37,011 nt of DNA from an uncultured Gemmatimonadota bacterium. Its GTDB lineage: Bacteria; Blakebacterota; Blakebacteria; Blakebacterales; Blakebacteraceae. Made by a program: the position numbers and the translations under genes. Positions 1-7,410 of this stretch are shown one piece after another (position 1 is the stretch's first letter; each line of letters opens with the position of its first letter). The DNA is taken from the NCBI GenBank assembly GCA_964576115.1, contig CAZNUA010000036.1, forward strand, positions 1 to 37,011. Direction: 5' to 3'. Under the pieces are notes generated by a model. The model saw only the letters and a program-made list of their open reading frames with translations. It was not told where the DNA came from and did not search any database.

Positions 1-800
1 CGGATCTCGGCCAGCACCAGGTCCCGGTCCATGAGCATGGCATCGGCGGGATCTTCCAGGAAGGGAGCCACATCACGTTCGGCTTCCCGCCAGTCGATCC
101 CGCTCAGATGATCGGCCAGCACCCCGGTCCAGCTGTCTTCCCCGGGCATCGAGCCCGGCCAGTTGACCTGCCGCAACGCATTGGCCAGCAGGACGATGTT
201 GGGCACCGGCCGCTCGGGGCGGGTCAGGTACCACCCCAGGTCGAAAATGTCCCGACCCTTCAGGTGCCCCCGGCTGAGCACGGCAGCAATCTTGCCGGCC
301 AGGCAGGAAGCCAGATCGTGAGCCAGAAAAGAGACCGGGATGTAGCGGGTAACGAGCCGGTGCTCCAGAACGGCACCCTGCGGCGGCCGGGTGTCGATAT
401 CGAGCCTGATGGTGAGTTTGTGCGCCGGCAGGGGCGAGAGACCGCAGTCGTGCAGGAGCCCCGGGAACTTCACCGCCGCGAAGTGCAACGTGTGTTCGGT
501 CTTCAGACCGACCTCGACCTCATGACCGGCGCCGGTGAAATCGCGTTCGATGCGTTCGATGAGCGCCTCGGGAGCATACCCCCGTTCTGGGCGCTCGAGA
601 GAGAAATCCAGGTCCTCCGAATACCTGCGCAGGCCGTACAGGAAGCGCAGCGCCGAACCCCCCTGAAAGGCCAGTGAGGCAAAGGCTCCGGCCTGCTGCA
701 GGGAGCGCAGGATTCCGGTCTGCAGGTATTCTCGGACGACATTCAGACGCCGGCGCACATCGGGTTCGGCCCGGGCCAGATCCAGCAGGTAATCCTTCAT
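1..800 (-). CDS. abiEii: AbiEii-family nucleotidyltransferase toxin (type IV TA); 3' end runs off the window
   Basis: Missing from the ORF track because no stop falls in the window. ATG at 800 overlaps the abiEi stop (ATGA). Hand translation gives MKDYLLDLARAE..REYLQ..LAFQGGSALRFLYGLRRYSEDLDFS..AGKIAAVLSR..KGRDIFDL, containing the AbiEii GG..SEDLDF and KxRDxxD motifs. The frame is open to base 1. Confidence 0.92.
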   Translation of the reverse strand, partial: MKDYLLDLARAEPDVRRRLNVVREYLQTGILRSLQQAGAFASLAFQGGSALRFLYGLRRYSEDLDFSLERPERGYAPEALIERIERDFTGAGHEVEVGLKTEHTLHFAAVKFPGLLHDCGLSPLPAHKLTIRLDIDTRPPQGAVLEHRLVTRYIPVSFLAHDLASCLAGKIAAVLSRGHLKGRDIFDLGWYLTRPERPVPNIVLLANALRQVNWPGSMPGEDSWTGVLADHLSGIDWREAERDVAPFLEDPADAMLMDRDLVLAEI

Positions 801-1411
801 GACAGCACCTCGCAGACCAGGGCGGCACAGCGCTGCAGTTTCGGACTGCCGCTCCGTTCGGCCATGGCGAGCAGGGTGTCGGATTCCAGGGTCGCTTCGG
901 GCGCGAGCCTGAGTCCGGCGATCCAGACGGCGGAATCGGCACCGGGGGTGAGGTGGCACAGATCGAGCAGAGCCTTCTCCGGTTCGGCCAGAAAACAGTA
1001 CTGCTCCGCCGCCGGTTCAATGCGGGTATAGCCCCGGAACAGAGCCGTCTTGACATGCCGGTAGGCAAAGCGACCGAGCGAAGTCACGAGCCGCTCCGGC
1101 CGGCCGGTCGTCACACTCGTCACCACCGGTACGCCCTCGGGGATGATGCCGTGGTACGCCAGGGCGGACTGCAGACTGATGTAGGAAGGCTCCCGCAGAC
1201 GAGCTGCAACATGGAAGGGATGGGGCTCGACCTTGCGCCACGGATCGGCCAGGGCATACAGACCACGGCGCAGTTGAAGAAGCCGGCCGCTTTTCGTCCA
1301 GCGGGAAAGTTGCCGATACACTTCGGGCGGGGGATCATTACCGGCCAGGAGCATCTTCGATTCGAAGACCGGGTTCTGGCCGAACATTTGGAGCAGTTCT
1401 GTCCATTTCAT
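797..1411 (-). CDS. abiEi: AbiEi-family antitoxin / transcriptional regulator
   Basis: MKWTELL..QLSRWTKSGRLLQLRRGLY (wHTH), SYISLQSALAYHGIIPE, VTSVTT and AEPEKALLD are typical AbiEi motifs. It is coupled to the NTase gene. Start placed at ATG 1411 rather than 1471. Confidence 0.9.
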   Translation of the reverse strand: MKWTELLQMFGQNPVFESKMLLAGNDPPPEVYRQLSRWTKSGRLLQLRRGLYALADPWRKVEPHPFHVAARLREPSYISLQSALAYHGIIPEGVPVVTSVTTGRPERLVTSLGRFAYRHVKTALFRGYTRIEPAAEQYCFLAEPEKALLDLCHLTPGADSAVWIAGLRLAPEATLESDTLLAMAERSGSPKLQRCAALVCEVLS

Positions 1412-1452
1412 TGTATTAATATGCCATATATGGCTTGTAATTACAATGAAAT
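1405..1452. promoter_or_regulatory. 48-bp imperfect palindrome overlapping the abiEi start; probable AbiEi autoregulatory operator
   Basis: ATTTCATTGTAttaatatGCCATA|TATGGCttgtaatTACAATGAAAT has 24-bp arms with 20/24 positions paired and is AT-rich. AbiEi proteins are known to repress via long inverted repeats in their own promoter. Confidence 0.8.
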
Positions 1453-1565
1453 AGTGGCTCGGTGAACTCATGGAACGAACGACACAGTGAACTCGTGGCT
1501 CGATTCAGATACCCGTATGACTGTCGGTCATTCACAATGAACGACTTCGTTGCGTATCAGCGACT

Positions 1566-1660
1566 CGGATCGGGATATTTCCCGCAGATCGGGCTAATCC
1601 CCGCAGATCAGGCTAATTCCTGCAGATCGGGCTAATCCCCACAGATCGGGCCATTCCCTT
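1566..1660. repeat. Tandem array of five 19-bp units (consensus CAGATCGGGCTAATYCCYG)
   Basis: Units start at 1566, 1585, 1604, 1623 and 1642: cggatcgggatatttcccg / cagatcgggctaatccccg / cagatcaggctaattcctg / cagatcgggctaatcccca / cagatcgggccattccctt. There are no spacers. Confidence 0.9.
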
Positions 1661-1689
1661 TTGCTCGTCTTCACCATACCGGGTAGTAT
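1661..1689 (+). promoter_or_regulatory. Putative sigma70 promoter of the four-gene cluster
   Basis: TTGCTC (1661-1666), 17 bp, TAGTAT (1684-1689), ending 9 nt before ATG 1699. No Shine-Dalgarno is present, so the transcript may be near-leaderless. Confidence 0.5.
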
Positions 1690-1698
1690 TCGCCCATC

Positions 1699-3294
1699 AT
1701 GCCTGATACAGCTGACACCGCCATCGATATGACGCTTGAGCTGGTCGGTTCCGAACCACCCATCTGGCGCCGCCTGTATGTGCCGGAGTACTGTGTACTG
1801 GAGGACCTGCACGACATCATCCAGTCGGTGATGGGGTGGTTGGATTACCACCTGCACGAGTTCGAAGTGGCCGGCAGCCGTTTCGGCCGGCCTGATTACG
1901 TCGACGACTTCTGGGATGACGACCTGCCGCAGCTTCAGGATGCCCGCGATATCTCTCTCTGTGAGATCTTCGAGGCCGGAATCCGCCAATTTCTTTACCG
2001 CTACGACTTCGGTGACGACTGGAATATCACCGTGACCCTGTCACGCAGTTTCTCGCCGCCGGAACCGATCACCCGGGCACACTGTGTCGACGGTGCCCGG
2101 AGCGGTCCGCTCGAAGACAGCGGCGGGGTGGGAGGTTACGAGGAAGTCTGCCGGGCCCTGGCCGACCCCGACCATGAAGAGCACGAGGAGTACATCGCCT
2201 GGGTTCCCCGGGGCTTTGAACCCGACAATTTCAGTGTCGCCGGGGTTGACTGGATCGTCGCCAACCGGATATGCGAGGAAGACGCCTTCGATCACCTGGT
2301 CGGCTGGCTTGGAGCCCTGCCCCGCCGCCTGACCATGACCGATCCCTGCTACCGGGAAATGTGGTGGACCCTCCAGCGGCCCGAGATCACGAATGCCGAA
2401 CAGGCCGGCCAGGCTGCCCGGGACGTTCGCAACGGCTGTGCAGGCATACGCCTGCATCGGCAAACAACGCTCACCATCGGGCAGAACTCCTCACTGATCG
2501 CTGCCGAGCACGGTGCTCTGCCGGCGGCGATGGTCCTGAATGAATCTCTCTCACAGCAGGATCTGGCCCGGGTACCCTATCTGGTCAACACCATACACTT
2601 CCTCAAACTGGTCGATGCCGCCGGAGAGATGAAAGCGACGGCCAAAGGCAACCTGCCCCGTGCTTTCCTGCAGGAGTTTATCGGGCTGATGGTGGCCGCC
2701 ACAAATATGCGCAAGCCCCCTTCGATCACCAGATGCTGGCGGGAGGAGGATCTGTGGTGGGTTCATGATCTGAGATTGTTGCTGCAACGGGCGGGACTGC
2801 TGAAGATCCGGAAGGGAAAGTTCAGCCTGACCCGGCGCGGCCGTGAGCTGATTGCAGACGGCAGGGAAGGCGCTCTGTTGGGACATCTGTTCCGAACCGA
2901 GATCGTCCGTCTGTATCCACAGAAGGGGGACATCCACAGCTGGCGGGCCGCCGTCGCTGCCTCCTGGGGGTACATCCTCAACCAGTGGATCGATCAGGGT
3001 CCGGGCTGGCAGAGCGCAGGGGATCTGGCGGAGCGGCTGCTGCCGCGATATGCGTGGGAATGCATCCTCAAGCAAGAAGGGCGTGACGCCCTGCCGATCA
3101 TACTCGAGATATATATCCTGGAGAGACTGGCGGAATTCGGTCTGGCGGATATCCGCCAGGTACCCGATCCCGAAGGCATTCGCAGACGGAGTTGTGAATA
3201 CCGGCCCACCCCGCTGGCCGCCCGCTTCATCAGTTTCGACCTGGACCAGTTGGACGTATCACGCCTGCAGACAGCCTCTGAAGAGACGAGTTGA
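1699..3294 (+). CDS. Plasmid pRiA4b ORF-3 family protein fused to an uncharacterised C-terminal domain
   Basis: The N-terminus PPIWRRLYVP..LEDLHDIIQSVMGWLDYHLHEF..YRYDFGDDW..CVDGARSGPLEDSGGVGGY is the pRiA4b_ORF3 (MM3350-like) signature. The C-terminal ~250 aa are paralogous to 7411..9456. Confidence 0.88.
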   Translation: MPDTADTAIDMTLELVGSEPPIWRRLYVPEYCVLEDLHDIIQSVMGWLDYHLHEFEVAGSRFGRPDYVDDFWDDDLPQLQDARDISLCEIFEAGIRQFLYRYDFGDDWNITVTLSRSFSPPEPITRAHCVDGARSGPLEDSGGVGGYEEVCRALADPDHEEHEEYIAWVPRGFEPDNFSVAGVDWIVANRICEEDAFDHLVGWLGALPRRLTMTDPCYREMWWTLQRPEITNAEQAGQAARDVRNGCAGIRLHRQTTLTIGQNSSLIAAEHGALPAAMVLNESLSQQDLARVPYLVNTIHFLKLVDAAGEMKATAKGNLPRAFLQEFIGLMVAATNMRKPPSITRCWREEDLWWVHDLRLLLQRAGLLKIRKGKFSLTRRGRELIADGREGALLGHLFRTEIVRLYPQKGDIHSWRAAVAASWGYILNQWIDQGPGWQSAGDLAERLLPRYAWECILKQEGRDALPIILEIYILERLAEFGLADIRQVPDPEGIRRRSCEYRPTPLAARFISFDLDQLDVSRLQTASEETS

Positions 3295-3353
3295 TAGGTG
3301 AAAGCGTCCATATTCCGAGCAGGGCTGTTTCCCCTGATGCCGGCTGACAAGAC

Positions 3354-4850
3354 ATGCCCGATTCCCTGAACACCCCGGATCCCCCGGAATCCCGGGATTC
3401 CCCGGAACTTCCAGACTCTTCAGGCGACGGTTCGAACGTCCATCGCTATCTCAGATCGCTCGATAGAGATGGACTGGAACAGCTGATTCTCGACCTGACC
3501 TCACGGAGCGATCATCTGGTGAACATCCTGCAGGCTCGCGCCGCGGCAGTGTTGGAGAACGATTCACGCGAAGCATCTCTGCGTCGCATGATTACCGATC
3601 TGACCGACGAAGAAGTATACGTCGGGTACCGGGGTATCTACCGCTACGCAGAGGAAGTCGGGGAAGTCATACGGGCGCTGGACAGTCACACCCGGGAACA
3701 TCTGAACGACGGGAATCTATCCCTGATCGAATGGGCGATCCGCCGGTTCGACGATGCCCTCCTGAGAATACGAGATTCCGGTGGAGTGGTCTGGACAGAG
3801 ATGTCCCGCCTCTTCGATATCCACTGCCGGATCTGTCAGGAGACCGGAATCGCACCCGATGAACTCGTCCGCTCGCTGCTCCGACTCGGGAACGAGCTGA
3901 ATATTCCGCCAGACACAAAGAGGATCGCGGCCTGTTTCACAATATTGAGCGATACCGATCGGGAGAGATTCCGGCATATTCTCCAAACCCTGTGGGAGCA
4001 CGTACCGGTCCTGGGGCCGGATGATGAATGGAGCGATTTCACTACTCCAAGCGGCGAAGAGGTGGATAGACACTTCCTGGCTCACCTGATGGAACAGATT
4101 GCCCGTGAGATCAGCGATATCGACTTGCTGATCGATGTGCTGGAACGCGATCTGCGCGCCCCCCGACAGTACACTGCAATCGTACGGATCCTGTACGATG
4201 CCGGCCGGCTGGAAGAGGCTCTGGATTGGGCCCGTCGCGGCAGTGCGATCTTCCCCGGCAGTGGATCCGGCTTCCTGGCTTCTCAGGCACAGATCTTTTC
4301 CGATCTGGATCGTCGCGAAGAGGCCATCGATGCAGCCCGCAATGCCTTTCGGCGATCCCCCGATCCGGAATACTGGTCATTGCTCCGCCGCATCTGTGCC
4401 GGCTCGGATCGCAGCGACGAGATCAGGATCTGGGCCTATCAGACGGCTGAAGAGCACATCGAGGAAATGGGTTTCGAACCTGATCCGATCATCCTGATGC
4501 TGATGGTAGACCGACAGTACGTCGACGCTTTCGAGAGGGCACAGGCCGACGGTTGTTCGGTCAGAACCCGGACCATGCTCATGAATGCGCTTTCTGCAGA
4601 ACACCCTGATCTGGCTCTCGAGGCTGCCGAACATGTCCTGCAGGATCTGCTCAAACCGGTAAACAACGATGCCTATCGACGAACGGTCGAACACCTCAAG
4701 CTCATGCATGGTTTCATGCAACTCTGCGATCGAACAGATGAATGGCCGCCTCTGATATCACACCTGCGCGAGACCTGCAAGCGCCGCAAGAACTTCATCG
4801 CGTTGCTGGATGAAAACTGGCCGCCGGATATCCACCATCAGACCGACTGA
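3354..4850 (+). CDS. Helical/TPR-like protein resembling the body of SWIM-finger-associated proteins (no SWIM motif itself)
   Basis: 498-aa ORF with a TPR-like segment (YDAGRLEEALDWARRG..DLDRREEAIDAARNAF). The C-terminal 'AY..VEHLK..LRETCKRRKNFIALLD' resembles bacterial SWIM-family protein C-termini. Confidence 0.65.
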   Translation: MPDSLNTPDPPESRDSPELPDSSGDGSNVHRYLRSLDRDGLEQLILDLTSRSDHLVNILQARAAAVLENDSREASLRRMITDLTDEEVYVGYRGIYRYAEEVGEVIRALDSHTREHLNDGNLSLIEWAIRRFDDALLRIRDSGGVVWTEMSRLFDIHCRICQETGIAPDELVRSLLRLGNELNIPPDTKRIAACFTILSDTDRERFRHILQTLWEHVPVLGPDDEWSDFTTPSGEEVDRHFLAHLMEQIAREISDIDLLIDVLERDLRAPRQYTAIVRILYDAGRLEEALDWARRGSAIFPGSGSGFLASQAQIFSDLDRREEAIDAARNAFRRSPDPEYWSLLRRICAGSDRSDEIRIWAYQTAEEHIEEMGFEPDPIILMLMVDRQYVDAFERAQADGCSVRTRTMLMNALSAEHPDLALEAAEHVLQDLLKPVNNDAYRRTVEHLKLMHGFMQLCDRTDEWPPLISHLRETCKRRKNFIALLDENWPPDIHHQTD

Positions 4851-4877
4851 CACTCAACGAGAGGAAACCTCACTACC

Positions 4878-7361
4878 ATGTCTCCGGGAAAAGCGAAACC
4901 CCGCGACACGAAAGCCCGCCCATCCAAAACACCCAGAAGGCGCAAGCCCGACCACCTGTCACTGGAGGAATGGCAGCTGGCCCTGCGTCGGGAATACGCG
5001 CAGGACCAGACCTTCACGTACGAAAACCTGGGAACAGAACGCTTTTTCTCTGAATTCGCCGTCACCAATCCTGATACCGGCAAGACCTACCGGGTGGCGA
5101 TCCGGGGCACGGAGCTGGGATCCAACTGGTGTGCCTGCCCGGATTTTGCCGTGAACACGCTGGGCACGTGCAAGCATATCGAGTGGATGCTGCAGACCCT
5201 GGAGAGCAAACGCGGCGGCAAGAAGGCCTTCCGGGATGGTTTCGTTCCCCCCTACTCCGAGGTCTACCTGCAGTACGGATCGCAACGGCGCATCCGCTTC
5301 AAGGCGGGTCTGGAATGCCCGGAAGACCTGCGCATCTACGCCGCGAAATTCTTCGATAGTGATGGGTATCTGCGCCAGGACGGTCACACCGTCTTCGAGC
5401 GCTTCGTCAACCGGGCGGCGGCGGCCGATCACGAAGTACGCATGTACGATGATGCCCTGGATTATATCGCCCGCCGACGCGACGACGAACACCGTCGACA
5501 GGCCATCGACCGGCTCTTTACCGGCGATGGCCCCGGCGAAGTGATGTCCGGGCTGCTCAAGACCGATCTTTATCCCTATCAGCAGGAGGGAGCGCTCTTC
5601 GCGGCCCGGGCTGGACGCAGCCTGATTGCCGATGATATGGGCCTGGGCAAAACGGTCCAGGCGATCGCTGTGGCCGAGATCCTGGCCCGGACCGTCGGTA
5701 TCGAACGCGTGCTCGTCATTTGTCCGGCATCGGTCAAGCATCAATGGCAGCAGGAAGTGGAACGATTCACCGACCGATCGACACTCATGGTGGAAGGACC
5801 GCCACCCGAGCGCCGGCGGCGCTACAGGACGGAATCTTTCTTCAAGATCGTCAACTACGATGTCATTCACCGCGATCTCGAACTCATCGAATCCTGGGCG
5901 CCCGATCTGATCGTTCTCGACGAGGCTCAGCGCATCAAGAACTGGAAAACGCGCCGGGCCAAGTCGGTGAAACAGCTCGAATCCGACTATGCTCTCGTTC
6001 TGACCGGCACTCCGCTGGAGAACCGTTTGGAGGAATTGCACTCCATCATCGAGTTCGTCGACCGCTTCCGGCTCGGGCCCCTCTTCCGATTCCTTGCCAC
6101 CCATCAGGTGACCGATGAAGCCGGCAAGGTCATCGGTTACCGCAACCTGGATCAGATTACCGAAAGCCTGACAGGCATGCTCATCAGGCGTCGGAAACAG
6201 GACGTTCTCAGTCAACTCCCCGAACGCACTGATACGCACTTGTTCCTGGACCTGACGCAGCAGCAGAGAGATATCCACGAGGACAACCGTGCCGTCGTGG
6301 CTCAAATCGTCGCCCGGTGGCGCCGCCGCGGCTTTCTCACCGAACAGGAACAACATCGACTCATGGTCGCTTTGCAGTGGATGCGAATGGTCTGCAACAG
6401 CACCTATCTGGTCGATCGGGAAACCGATTTCGGTCAGAAGGCCCATGAATGCCGGCTGCTTCTCGACGACCTGCTCTCTGATGTCGAGAACAAGGTGGTC
6501 ATTTTCAGTCAATGGTTGGGTACGCACGAGATCATCATGCGACGCTTCTCACTGCAACAGCATGAGTATGCCTATTATCACGGTTCACTTGAGGCCAGGG
6601 AACGCCGGGCGGTCATCAGACGTTTCAAGACCGATCCGGAGTGTCGCGTCCTGTTCAGTACCGATGCCGGAGGAGTCGGCCTGAACCTGCAGACAGCTTC
6701 GGTCGTCATCAACATGGATCAACCCTGGAATCCTGCTGTCCTGGAACAGCGTATCGGACGGGTGCACCGTCTGGGTCAGGAACGTCCCGTCCAGGTATAT
6801 CATCTCGTTTCGAGGCAATCGATCGAGCACAGTATGATCGAGGTGCTGCGATTCAAATCGGCGGTTTTCGACGGGGTGCTCGATGGCGGAGCCCGCGATG
6901 TCTTCCTGCAGGGCTCACGGATGAGCAGATTCATGGATACTGTTGAGGAGGTCACTGCATCGGCAGGGCAACGTGAAAGTCCGCCAGTCCGCCCGCAGAC
7001 AGTCCGCCCGCAGGATGAGGTACGGTATCGTCAACCAGAGGAAGCACCGGCTCTGGTGAGCGAAGATGCCCCGCCCCGATACCGGGATACTCAGATGGAC
7101 CGCGGCCGTGCCTGGAGCGAGGTCGCCGAAGCCGGTCTTAATCTCATGACCAGCCTGGGCCGGGCCCTGCGCTCCAATCAGGCGGAACATGATGCCGCAA
7201 CGTCCCTGAACCGACTAATCGTACGCGATGCAGAAAGCGGAGAGACCGAACTGCGTCTCCCGATACCCGATGCCGAGGCGGCCGCCGAGATTGGAAAAGC
7301 CCTGAACGTCCTGGGAGATCTGTTCACCTCCCTGGGACGAAGGGAGCAGTCAAAGCAATAA
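4878..7361 (+). CDS. SWIM zinc-finger + SNF2/SWI2-family helicase/ATPase
   Basis: SWIM motif CACPDFAVNTLGTCKH. Helicase motifs: LYPYQ, ADDMGLGKT (Walker A), LDEAQRIKN (Walker B), LTGTPLENRL, STDAGGVGLNLQ, WNPAVLEQRIGRVHRLGQ. RBS GAGG upstream. Confidence 0.95.
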   Translation: MSPGKAKPRDTKARPSKTPRRRKPDHLSLEEWQLALRREYAQDQTFTYENLGTERFFSEFAVTNPDTGKTYRVAIRGTELGSNWCACPDFAVNTLGTCKHIEWMLQTLESKRGGKKAFRDGFVPPYSEVYLQYGSQRRIRFKAGLECPEDLRIYAAKFFDSDGYLRQDGHTVFERFVNRAAAADHEVRMYDDALDYIARRRDDEHRRQAIDRLFTGDGPGEVMSGLLKTDLYPYQQEGALFAARAGRSLIADDMGLGKTVQAIAVAEILARTVGIERVLVICPASVKHQWQQEVERFTDRSTLMVEGPPPERRRRYRTESFFKIVNYDVIHRDLELIESWAPDLIVLDEAQRIKNWKTRRAKSVKQLESDYALVLTGTPLENRLEELHSIIEFVDRFRLGPLFRFLATHQVTDEAGKVIGYRNLDQITESLTGMLIRRRKQDVLSQLPERTDTHLFLDLTQQQRDIHEDNRAVVAQIVARWRRRGFLTEQEQHRLMVALQWMRMVCNSTYLVDRETDFGQKAHECRLLLDDLLSDVENKVVIFSQWLGTHEIIMRRFSLQQHEYAYYHGSLEARERRAVIRRFKTDPECRVLFSTDAGGVGLNLQTASVVINMDQPWNPAVLEQRIGRVHRLGQERPVQVYHLVSRQSIEHSMIEVLRFKSAVFDGVLDGGARDVFLQGSRMSRFMDTVEEVTASAGQRESPPVRPQTVRPQDEVRYRQPEEAPALVSEDAPPRYRDTQMDRGRAWSEVAEAGLNLMTSLGRALRSNQAEHDAATSLNRLIVRDAESGETELRLPIPDAEAAAEIGKALNVLGDLFTSLGRREQSKQ

Positions 7362-7410
7362 GTCAAACCGGTGAGAATCCTGTGCGAGTGATAATGGTAG
7401 AGGAAAGAAA

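Noticed and set aside
1454-1502. Short direct repeats gtgaactc(a/g)tgg and gtggctcg upstream of abiEi
   Set aside because: Only two short copies each; not enough to support a function.
1566-1660. CRISPR array interpretation of the 19-bp repeats
   Set aside because: The units are contiguous with no unique spacers, they are too short, and there are no cas genes in the window.
1699-2270. IS1096 TnpR / transposon call for the pRiA4b domain
   Set aside because: No transposase, integrase or terminal inverted repeats are visible in the window, so no mobile element can be delimited.
3362-3420. Short CCCGGA(T/A) repeats at the start of 3354..4850, and the 15-bp duplication near 6989-7013
   Set aside because: In-frame low-complexity coding repeats (PDPPES.., VRPQTVRPQ) in disordered linkers.
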